This document shows positions 30,921 to 39,512 of a DNA stretch of 64,000 nt, in pieces (position 1 is the stretch's first letter; each line of letters opens with the position of its first letter). The translations under genes were made by a program, and so were the position numbers. Origin of the DNA: an uncultured Methanosarcinales archaeon (lineage in GTDB: Archaea > Nanobdellota > Nanobdellia > Woesearchaeales > JABMPP01). The stretch is from the NCBI GenBank assembly GCA_964604995.1, contig CAZSAD010000001.1:1-64000 (forward strand), written 5' to 3'. A model generated the notes under the pieces. The model worked only from the letters and a program-made list of their open reading frames with translations. It did no database searches and was not told the origin of the DNA.

Positions 30921-31502
30921 TCAAATTGATTTTTTTCCAAACATATCTTGTTCAACAAGTTCGCAAACAATATGCATTACACTCATTTGTGCTTCTTGTA
31001 TTCTTGGTGTTTCATCAGATGGTACAATTATTTCTAAATCTGCAAGTCCTTTAATTAATCCACCACCTTTACCTAAAAGTGCAATTGTTTTAATTTTCAT
31101 TTCTTTAGCTTTTTTTAAAGCTTCAATTAAATTTTTTGAATTGCCACTTGTTGTGATTATAACAAGAACATCTCCTTCTTTACCAAATGCTTCAACTTGT
31201 CTTGAAAAAACTGTATCATATCCTATATCATTTGACCAACAAGTTAAAACTGAAGTATCAGTTGTTAATGCTATTGCAGGAAGAGCTCTCCTATTTTTTT
31301 TGTATCTAGCTACAAATTCTGAAGCAAAATGCTGAGCATCTGCAGCACTTCCACCATTACCGCAAACTAAAATCTTATTTCCTTTTTTGAAGCAATCAAT
31401 AACTATTTTTCCAAATTTTTCTATGTGGTGTGCAAAATTCTCAGCCATCACTGTTTTTAATGATGCACTTTCAAATAGCATTTGTTTTATTTCATATTGC
31501 AT
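30921..31502 (-). CDS. gmhA: Phosphoheptose (sedoheptulose-7-phosphate) isomerase
   Basis: CGNGGSAADAQH, RRALPAIAL, ND.GY..VFSRQVEA, TSGNS, TPRIQE; GGTGA SD. Confidence 0.95.
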   Translation of the reverse strand: MQYEIKQMLFESASLKTVMAENFAHHIEKFGKIVIDCFKKGNKILVCGNGGSAADAQHFASEFVARYKKNRRALPAIALTTDTSVLTCWSNDIGYDTVFSRQVEAFGKEGDVLVIITTSGNSKNLIEALKKAKEMKIKTIALLGKGGGLIKGLADLEIIVPSDETPRIQEAQMSVMHIVCELVEQDMFGKKSI

Positions 31503-31574
31503 GTTCTCACCTTATCCATATTTTTCTCTTCTAACTTTAAATTAAATTAATTATAAGATAATAAATCAAATAAT

Positions 31575-31681
31575 AAAGTATGACTAATTCATACTAAATA
31601 TGTTCTAGTTCTTTATATATCTATCGTTTTTTAGCAATAAAAAGATTTAAATAGTCATACTTTTTACTACTTTAAGTATGA
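31575..31681. promoter_or_regulatory. Divergent promoter pair with candidate operator half-sites AGTATGA/TCATACT
   Basis: Half-sites at 31577-31583, 31589-31595, 31655-31661 and 31675-31681. AAAGTATGACTA (31575-31586) is the exact reverse complement of TAGTCATACTTT (31652-31663). TATA boxes at 31612-31619 (-) and 31646-31653 (+). Confidence 0.65.
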
Positions 31682-32436
31682 AAAGCATTAAAAATAAAAT
31701 AGCCATCTCAATCGACTCAGGTCTTTTGCATTTAATAGATTCAAAAATAGATGGTAGTGTGGTTAGATCAAGAAGTCAGGCAATAGAATTATTTTTAAGA
31801 AAAGGAATTGAAGAAAAAACAGTCGATACTGCAATAATCCTTTTACACAAAGATCAACATTCTTTGGCATTAACTAAAATCAAAGGTACAACACTTCTCG
31901 AAAATCAAATCTCTTTTTTTGAACAGAATGGAATTCGAAAAGTAATAATTATTACACAGCATGGTAAAGATACAAATGCTTTAATCCAAGCAATTTCACA
32001 TTCAAAAATAGAAGTTAAAATTCTAGAAAAAGAAGCAAGGGGAAATGCGCAAGCACTAAGTGTAATAAAAGGGCAAATGCATAACAATTTTGTTGTTATG
32101 AGTGGAGATACATTAAATAGTTTTAATCTAATAAGCATGATAAAAAAACACGTTGATTCTTCAAAATTAGTAACTATGGGTATAATGAGTATTGATAAAT
32201 TAGGTAAGCATGGCACTGCAATTCTAGACGGTGATTTGATTGTTGATTTTGAAGAAAAACCCAAACATGCAAAAACTCACATTGTAAATACCGGAATTTA
32301 TGTCTTTAAACCTGAAGTCTTAGAACTTTGTGATAACTATACCACTTCTCTTGAAAATGATTTATTTCCAAAAATTGCACGAATAAAACAATTAGTCGGA
32401 TTTTTTACTTTGGGAGAGTATGAACATTACGGATAA
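31678..32436 (+). CDS. Ribbon-helix-helix domain fused to a degenerate sugar-phosphate nucleotidyltransferase; probable regulator
   Basis: KIAISID..LL..ID.......SRSQAIE..LR (CopG/RHH), then AIIL, FVVMSGD, DFEEKP, NTGIYVF, SLEND.FP. The GGxGxRL/PK signature is absent. Confidence 0.75.
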   Translation: MKSIKNKIAISIDSGLLHLIDSKIDGSVVRSRSQAIELFLRKGIEEKTVDTAIILLHKDQHSLALTKIKGTTLLENQISFFEQNGIRKVIIITQHGKDTNALIQAISHSKIEVKILEKEARGNAQALSVIKGQMHNNFVVMSGDTLNSFNLISMIKKHVDSSKLVTMGIMSIDKLGKHGTAILDGDLIVDFEEKPKHAKTHIVNTGIYVFKPEVLELCDNYTTSLENDLFPKIARIKQLVGFFTLGEYEHYG

Positions 32437-32472
32437 TCTTAAATTATTTTTTCATTTTATCTTTATTTGTAA

Positions 32473-33675
32473 CTATTTCTTATCAACAATTCTAGAAAAA
32501 GCAATCATTACATTATCAACAGTTATTGCTTTCATGCATTTTTGGTAATCTTCTGATTTTTTAGAATACAAACAATTGGGTACTTCTCCTTTATGGGTAT
32601 TAATACAAGGGGAATATTTGCAGCTATTTTTCATATAAACAAATGCATTCCCTTTTCCAAATGGTTCCCATCTAACTGGTGTATTTGGTCCAAATAATCC
32701 TAAGGTTTTAACACCTTGTGCTGCAGCAATATGCATTGGACCAGAATCATTACCAATAAACCCATCACATTTTTTTATAAGGCAAAATGTCTCTCTTAAT
32801 ATAAACATTCCCGCTGAATTATAAACTCTTTTTTTATTTAGCATACCTATCATAATCTCATCAATCATCACTCTTTCATCACTAGCACCAATAAAAACTA
32901 CTTTACATTTTCTCTTTTTGTATTTATTTAAAATTGAATCTGCAAGTTTTGCATATCTTTCTTTAGGCCATTTTCTAGATGATGCAGATTCAGCTGTGCC
33001 AGGCGCAATTCCAACAATAAACTCATTAGATTTATTCAATTTAATTTTTTTCTCTCTAAAAAATTTATTTACCTGTAATTCATCTTCTTTACTAAATTTT
33101 AAATTTTCAAGTTTGGTAATATTGTAACCATTTTTGTTAACATCCAACGTTTTTGTCAGATCTAAAAAAGTATAAATTGAATGTTGTAAATCATTATACT
33201 TTGTTTTTAAATTATAAATCATTGCTCTAGTACCATGATCAAATCCAATTCTTTTTTTCCCTGTGAAAAATGATAAAATTGCAGAAATGTTTAGATATTC
33301 TTCCATATCAATTACAATATCATACTCTCTAAAATGAGAGAATATAAATTTAGATAGTGGGAAAATTGAAGTATCTAATTCAAGTACAAAATTAACATTA
33401 GAATTCTTGTAATATACATCCCTATTTCTTGTTGTTGCAAGAATTGTGATTTCTGCTTCGGGAAATTTCTTTCTAATTTCACTAAGTGCAGGCAGTGTTG
33501 TTATAGTTTCGCCAATCCCCCAAAGTTGTATAATCAATATTTTTTGTATTTTTTTAGTATCACCAATTATTTTTTCATCTTTTAATAATTTTACAGGGCT
33601 TCTAAATACCCCTATTAAAAAACAAGCAGGATTTCCAACATACTTATCCAAGAATTTTATTCCATCAATAAACAT
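32473..33675 (-). CDS. GT9 heptosyltransferase-like protein
   Basis: K..DKYVG N-terminus, WGIGE, IAPG, RKWP, NDSGPMHIAAA, LFGP, C...PC....G..PNC...CM. Start set at ATG 33675. Confidence 0.88.
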   Translation of the reverse strand: MFIDGIKFLDKYVGNPACFLIGVFRSPVKLLKDEKIIGDTKKIQKILIIQLWGIGETITTLPALSEIRKKFPEAEITILATTRNRDVYYKNSNVNFVLELDTSIFPLSKFIFSHFREYDIVIDMEEYLNISAILSFFTGKKRIGFDHGTRAMIYNLKTKYNDLQHSIYTFLDLTKTLDVNKNGYNITKLENLKFSKEDELQVNKFFREKKIKLNKSNEFIVGIAPGTAESASSRKWPKERYAKLADSILNKYKKRKCKVVFIGASDERVMIDEIMIGMLNKKRVYNSAGMFILRETFCLIKKCDGFIGNDSGPMHIAAAQGVKTLGLFGPNTPVRWEPFGKGNAFVYMKNSCKYSPCINTHKGEVPNCLYSKKSEDYQKCMKAITVDNVMIAFSRIVDKK

Positions 33676-33716
33676 AGATATCAACTTACATATTGATAAA
33701 AGGGAAGGTTTCAAAA

Positions 33717-34079
33717 TTACTTCTTTTTATCATTACTTTTATTATGAACTTCCTCTAAAGCAATTTTTCTAACAACATCATCAACTTTTCTTTGTGTTCT
33801 TCTAACAACATCATAAATATAAACTGTCATTCCTATCATAAACATAAATCCCAATATTATAAATAAATCCAATGTTCTGGTTAATTTTAAAACAGTGCTA
33901 ATTGGATCTAACCAGTATGGAAAAATTGATACTAATCCAAAGGCAATCCAAAAAATAGTCCAAAAAAGATATTCTTTCCAAGTATATTCTTTTCTTTTCT
34001 GGTGCAAAAAAGTGACATATAACATGAACAATGCAAAGATACTCCCTAAAATTTGTATTCCAAGTACCATATTATCCAC
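33717..34079 (-). CDS. DUF2304-family small membrane protein (GT2 partner)
   Basis: 3 TMs, W...W, FP, R..D, C-terminal VVRKIAL coiled segment; directly follows a GT2. Confidence 0.75.
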   Translation of the reverse strand: MDNMVLGIQILGSIFALFMLYVTFLHQKRKEYTWKEYLFWTIFWIAFGLVSIFPYWLDPISTVLKLTRTLDLFIILGFMFMIGMTVYIYDVVRRTQRKVDDVVRKIALEEVHNKSNDKKK

Positions 34080-34110
34080 CTTATTAATTATATTTTTATT
34101 CTAATTTTTC

Positions 34111-34806
34111 TTACAAACTTTTCTTTCCTGATTTTCCTCTTAATTTCCAGTAAAACAAATTCATAACAATTTTAATTCCATCAAAGATGGTTGTGCCTTT
34201 ATATTTATCAGAGTAAACTGTATCAATTGTTACTTCCTTATATTTAAGTTTATGCCTGCCAGTATTCGCAACGCTTTCTGATTCCATACTATAATCAGAT
34301 GCTTCCCATCTAATTTTCAAATAAGTCTCAACTGTAAATGCTCTATACCCACATTGTGTATCTTTTAAATTAACACCATACAAAAACTTGGTTATTTTAT
34401 TGATGAACAAATTTCCAAATTTTAAAACAAAAGGCATTTTGTTGTTGAATTTTCTTTCTCCAAAAACAATATCTGCATTTTTTAATTCTTTTAAAAATCT
34501 AGGAATATCGTTTGGGTCATGTTGTCCATCAGCATCAATTACGATAATTATTTTTGCACCATGCATAACTGCATAATCGCATCCTGTTTTTAATGCAGCA
34601 CCTTTACCTAAATTAGTTATATGTCTAATAACAATAATCCCTTCTTTTCTTCCACAATTTCCAGTTTTATCTTTTGAACCATCATCTACTAATACAATAT
34701 TATCGCAGTACTTTTTTACACCAGTAATTACTTTACCTACATGTTTCTCTTCATTCATTGCAGGTATTATTACATATACTTCAGATAACTTATTATTCTT
34801 TACCAT
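34111..34806 (-). CDS. GT2 polyprenol-phosphate glycosyltransferase (DPM1-like)
   Basis: IPAMNEE, DDGSKD, NLGKGAAL.TG, DADGQH, DTQCGYRA. Confidence 0.9.
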   Translation of the reverse strand: MVKNNKLSEVYVIIPAMNEEKHVGKVITGVKKYCDNIVLVDDGSKDKTGNCGRKEGIIVIRHITNLGKGAALKTGCDYAVMHGAKIIIVIDADGQHDPNDIPRFLKELKNADIVFGERKFNNKMPFVLKFGNLFINKITKFLYGVNLKDTQCGYRAFTVETYLKIRWEASDYSMESESVANTGRHKLKYKEVTIDTVYSDKYKGTTIFDGIKIVMNLFYWKLRGKSGKKSL

Positions 34807-34880
34807 AAAACAACTAGAACTAATGGAGTTATTTAATCTTTTCTATCTCTATTTTATTTTTTATAATTATGCTGTAGAAT

Positions 34881-37800
34881 TTAATTACTGCTTTTGTTTG
34901 TGTTGTTGGTATTTTTATCTAAATTATCTAAACTTATATTACTGTTGTTAATATTTTCATCTAAATTGATTATTGGAAATATTGTGGTATCCGTGATATT
35001 TAATAAAGTCAAATTGCTATTATTATTAGTACTATTAATATTACTATTAATTTTTGTTGTGTTAAATTCTTCAATAATATTTTTTTCTTTTCCTTCCCAA
35101 TCAATTTTCCAGACATAAATGTCAGTTCCAAAAATACTTCTTTGATAATCAAATAGCTTGAAATATTTTAATCCGTGTCCTCTAAAAAAATACAATTTTG
35201 TAAACATGGAATTTGCAAGTTGAGGATCCATTAAAATACTAAAATAACTATCTCCTTTAGGATATATTGCAGCACTAATATCTCCAATTGGATCTATTAT
35301 TTTTTCTTTAATGCCATCTTTATTAGCATATACTACACTTTTTAATTTTCTTCCAACGCCTAAACTTAGTTGTGCATCTTTTGATGAGGTATTAAATATT
35401 AAACCATTATCACAATAAATTGTGATATTATCATTGGTATAGCAAGGTGAAATTGCTGTAAGGTAGCTTGGCCATGGACTTATCCAATCATTAGCATCTA
35501 TTGTTTGAATATCATAATAATATTGGTTAGCTACACTTTCATCTAAATTAAATTGTGTTGCAATAAATTTAATAGGATCATTTCCCGTATAATTTTTTAC
35601 ACTTGAATGTATTGCAGCTTTATCAAAATCCCATAATCCAAAATGTGCCCAAACTCTTGATTTTAAAACCATATCATCACTTGTTATAAAATAATCTTCA
35701 GGTGCATCGCAATGTGTGTATTCCAAAACACTTTTTGCTTGGTTAGAATCTAACCTATTACTCAATAAATATTTATTAGCTTCAGTTTTATTTAAACTAA
35801 TTATTTTTTTCATTATTTTGACTGTTTTAAGGTCATCTTTAACAAATTCATTAAGTCTTGTTGTGCCCATATAATTCCCACAGTCTAGCATTCTAAGAAT
35901 ATCAACAGCTTCTTTTTCATTATCAGTAACAAGAACTCTTCCTATCCAATGTACCGGAGGATATTCTTGTGATGTTCCATCAAAAGTAACTGCACGATTT
36001 CCAAAATATTTGAACCAGTGTCCAAAATCCCACCATGAATTAATAATTGCGTTTGGTGCAGATTCACTATCAATTTTGGAAAGTGCATCATACCATGCTC
36101 TATTAAAATCAGTAGATCTACTTTTAGCTTCAACATAAGATACACTAATTGGTCCAATTATCACAAGTAATAACATTATAAAAGTTGCAGGCTTTGTTAA
36201 TTTACTTGTTATTCTCATTTCTTTTGAAATCCAGTCTGAAAATTTAGTGTAAAAAATACCAGCAAATACTCCAAAAGCAACGCAGAATGCCGGAACTAAT
36301 AACAATGAAAATCTAACTCCAATTATGCTTGCAAAAAGTGTTGCAGCAAACCATAAAGTCATAAGGAATGCAAATTTGAAATCTATACCTTCCGATTTAC
36401 TTTTCAAATCAATTATCATTCTTACAACAATAGGTAGAACTATTGCAGCAATCAAATAATAAACATTAGTTTGAATTACAATTATTGATAGTAATAACCA
36501 AAATGCAGCTATTGCCAAAAACCATATCTCAAATTTCTTTTCATCGTCAGATAAATCATCTAAATTCTTTGCAGATAAAGTAATTAAAATCCCAAGTAAA
36601 CTTATAAAAAACAAGAAATTTCCACCCATACTACTTATTGTTTCAGTTATACTTGAAGCATTTTGTTCTGCAACAGTTGTAAATACATTTGGCCAAATAG
36701 TATCAATAGCAACTCTATGTATATTGATAAATCCAATTGGTCCGCTATAAAACAATGTAAATACTTCTTTACTAGTCACATTAATTGCACAAATCATTGC
36801 GCTTACAAAAAATATTATTAAAATAAGAAACAACATCCATGTATTTTTTTTCTTGAAAAATCCAAAAGCATTGCTTTTAATTTCTTTTCTGTGTTTTAAC
36901 ATATAATATATAATGTAAGTAATGTTAGTTACTAAAATAAAATCAAAAATATACCACCAGCCACTCCATCCAAAAGTGTAAACTCCTGCAAATAAACCTG
37001 ATAATGTTGCAAGTATCACACTTTTTAGAGTTGATTCATTTTCAAATGCTTCTAAATAAAGCCATGTAATCATAAGTGGAAAGAATATATTTAGGGTATC
37101 TGTTTTACTAATTCCTGCCATGCTTCTAGATAAAAAAATACGTTGCGTAGCAATTAACATTGCAGCAAAAAATCCACCGACATCCCCTGCAAATTTTCTT
37201 GCTATAAAAAATGCAGGAATAACTGATAATGCAGCAAGTAGTAATGGTAAATAAAAAGAAACTTTTTCAATTGATATTGCTGTAAAAAAATTTGCTGTTT
37301 TATATGAATAAGCAATTATATAAGCATAAAGCATATCTTTTGGAACTTCTCTTCCAATTGGTGCTAGCATATAAGTATCATATGGTTTTTCATCTATTAA
37401 TTCATCACCAGGCTGACCATTATTCACTATATTTTTTGCATGTCTTAACCAATAATAAGGATCAAGTGCCATAAAATAAGTTAATCCTTCATCATCTTGC
37501 AATTGAGATTTAAAGTATAATGAAGTTTGAGAAATCTGTTGGTCTAAAGATAATTTATTATCTTTTTCAAAAGCAGCATATTGTTGATCAACTAGTGCTT
37601 GTTTATTTTGATCAGGCAAGTTTGGATAATTGGCATCAATTTGCGTTCTTATTTGTGCTTGTATATTATTGACTATAGTTTGTTTAGCCCAATCATCAGT
37701 TATTGGTAGTGATGCAGACTGCGCTCTTAAAAATATTGCAAGAAATAATGGTATCAATATCAAAAATAATGCACGGTATTTAACAAAAAAATCCCCAATT

Positions 37801-38024
37801 CCTTTCATATCAAATTCAAATCCATCATCATCTGATTTTGTATCTTTAGTTGAAGATTGGCTTTTTTTATCGGAAATTTTCAAAGAATTTTTCGAATCAT
37901 CTTTTTGTTTTTCAGATTTTGTCTTGCTCTTAAACATATTCTTAATTTTAGAAAAATCAATAGATACTTCTTCAGAATCATCACTTTGTTTTTGATCACT
38001 AGGATGTTTTTGTTTTTCCATCAA
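34881..38024 (-). CDS. aglB: Oligosaccharyltransferase AglB (STT3 family)
   Basis: LDPYYW, TVAE (TIXE), GVRF, SWWDFGHW, VTFDG, DMVLK; about 13 TMs plus a C-terminal globular domain. Confidence 0.93.
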   Translation of the reverse strand: MMEKQKHPSDQKQSDDSEEVSIDFSKIKNMFKSKTKSEKQKDDSKNSLKISDKKSQSSTKDTKSDDDGFEFDMKGIGDFFVKYRALFLILIPLFLAIFLRAQSASLPITDDWAKQTIVNNIQAQIRTQIDANYPNLPDQNKQALVDQQYAAFEKDNKLSLDQQISQTSLYFKSQLQDDEGLTYFMALDPYYWLRHAKNIVNNGQPGDELIDEKPYDTYMLAPIGREVPKDMLYAYIIAYSYKTANFFTAISIEKVSFYLPLLLAALSVIPAFFIARKFAGDVGGFFAAMLIATQRIFLSRSMAGISKTDTLNIFFPLMITWLYLEAFENESTLKSVILATLSGLFAGVYTFGWSGWWYIFDFILVTNITYIIYYMLKHRKEIKSNAFGFFKKKNTWMLFLILIIFFVSAMICAINVTSKEVFTLFYSGPIGFINIHRVAIDTIWPNVFTTVAEQNASSITETISSMGGNFLFFISLLGILITLSAKNLDDLSDDEKKFEIWFLAIAAFWLLLSIIVIQTNVYYLIAAIVLPIVVRMIIDLKSKSEGIDFKFAFLMTLWFAATLFASIIGVRFSLLLVPAFCVAFGVFAGIFYTKFSDWISKEMRITSKLTKPATFIMLLLVIIGPISVSYVEAKSRSTDFNRAWYDALSKIDSESAPNAIINSWWDFGHWFKYFGNRAVTFDGTSQEYPPVHWIGRVLVTDNEKEAVDILRMLDCGNYMGTTRLNEFVKDDLKTVKIMKKIISLNKTEANKYLLSNRLDSNQAKSVLEYTHCDAPEDYFITSDDMVLKSRVWAHFGLWDFDKAAIHSSVKNYTGNDPIKFIATQFNLDESVANQYYYDIQTIDANDWISPWPSYLTAISPCYTNDNITIYCDNGLIFNTSSKDAQLSLGVGRKLKSVVYANKDGIKEKIIDPIGDISAAIYPKGDSYFSILMDPQLANSMFTKLYFFRGHGLKYFKLFDYQRSIFGTDIYVWKIDWEGKEKNIIEEFNTTKINSNINSTNNNSNLTLLNITDTTIFPIINLDENINNSNISLDNLDKNTNNTNKSSN

Positions 38025-38128
38025 CTCATCGATAATGCAGTTAACAAGGTCGATTTATAAATATTGGTGAAATTAAATAAAACTAAATACTTAAATTAAA
38101 TACTAAATCCCTTTTTTGTTTTATTTTT

Positions 38129-39253
38129 TTATCTAAAAATATCAAAGAAAACTTTAAATCCAAATTTTGCAAATCTCGGTTCAGTTAATAAAAGGTGAGA
38201 TACTAATTTAATTGGTTTATCTCTACTTTCTGTCTGGAGTACTTTTTTTACTTTTTCTTTTTTCATAAGCATGATTAAATCATTATAATCTTTATCCTGA
38301 AATTTATCAAGCATTTTTCTAATTTGTAAATGGAGCCAAAGTTCTTTTCCAATTGTTTTTCTCCACTCTTTATCATAATCTTTGTTATTTATTATGCAAT
38401 CAGCAGCGATTTTTGCAGCATTCATTCCTTGTATTATTCCGCCAGCTGTTGTAGCTTTTACTTGTCCTGCTGCATCTCCAACAAGCAAAACTTTTCTATC
38501 TTTTGTCTGGGTTTTTATTTTTGGATTAAAAATTGGAATTAAACCTCCTTGCCATTCAACAATTTCTTTTACCCCTACTTTTTTCATTAATTGTTGGAAT
38601 AATACATTTGGATTTTTTCTGTCAGCTAATCCTAATCTTACATGGTTATTATCTTCAGGGACTGCCCATGCAAATAAATTTGGACAAACTGATCCAAAAT
38701 ATGTTTTGTAAACTTCAGAATCATTTTTTAATTTTACAACAGCTTGAGCACCTATAAAAAATTCTCTTTTACCATATAACCCAACAGATTTAGCAACTTG
38801 GCTAGAAGGCCCATCGGCGCCAATTACAAAATCAACTTTGTATTCTTTTATATTTCCATTATGTCTAACTTTTATTTTGCTAATTTTTTTATCATCAGTT
38901 TTTTCATAGCTCAAAAATCTATGTCCTGTTAATATTTCAGCCCCAGCATCATATGCTCTATTTGATAAATATTTGTCAAATTTTCTTCTGCTGTAAATAT
39001 ACTCTTTGTTTTTTAGTTTGAGTTCAACAGAATTATTATTTGGTGCAATAACTTCAATTCTACTTATTTCATTTACAAAATATTCTTTGCTTGGTTTCAA
39101 AATATCAGAAATCGTATGAGTTAAAACTCCAGTGCATTGCACAGGCTCTCCAACAATATTATGATCTTCAAATACTTTTACATCAAAGCCAGCTTTAGAT
39201 AGTAAATATGCACTTTGACATCCAGCTGGTCCAGCTCCAATAATTGCAATCAT
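38129..39253 (-). CDS. Geranylgeranyl-reductase-family flavoprotein
   Basis: IGAGPAG, PVQCTG, IGADGP.S, FAW.VP, GGLIP, LVGDAAGQVK..T.GGI. Confidence 0.88.
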   Translation of the reverse strand: MIAIIGAGPAGCQSAYLLSKAGFDVKVFEDHNIVGEPVQCTGVLTHTISDILKPSKEYFVNEISRIEVIAPNNNSVELKLKNKEYIYSRRKFDKYLSNRAYDAGAEILTGHRFLSYEKTDDKKISKIKVRHNGNIKEYKVDFVIGADGPSSQVAKSVGLYGKREFFIGAQAVVKLKNDSEVYKTYFGSVCPNLFAWAVPEDNNHVRLGLADRKNPNVLFQQLMKKVGVKEIVEWQGGLIPIFNPKIKTQTKDRKVLLVGDAAGQVKATTAGGIIQGMNAAKIAADCIINNKDYDKEWRKTIGKELWLHLQIRKMLDKFQDKDYNDLIMLMKKEKVKKVLQTESRDKPIKLVSHLLLTEPRFAKFGFKVFFDIFR

Positions 39254-39512
39254 TAAAACCTAAAATTTGAACTCATTTAAAAATTCTTATAATTCAATTC
39301 TTATAATTTTATAACTAACTTTGTATAACAAACTCTCATTTTATTTTTTTTCTTAAATTTTAGACAATTTTTAAATATAACATTTGTAACCATTCAAAAA
39401 TAGTAAAAAGTGGAAAGATTTAAATACGATTACTGTTTAGCCCTATATTATTGGCAAAATTCACGCAAGTTTATATCATTTAAATTATTTAAATCATATA
39501 TAGGGGGTAGAA

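Noticed and set aside
31678..32436. Active HddC or mannose-1-phosphate guanylyltransferase
   Set aside because: The nucleotide-binding GGxGxRL and PK residues are missing, and an RHH domain is fused at the N-terminus.
18304..33714. Bacterial LPS-core locus or contamination
   Set aside because: The genes have archaeal TATA and GGTGA signals and similar composition, and are contiguous with aglB; no Kdo or lipid A genes are seen.
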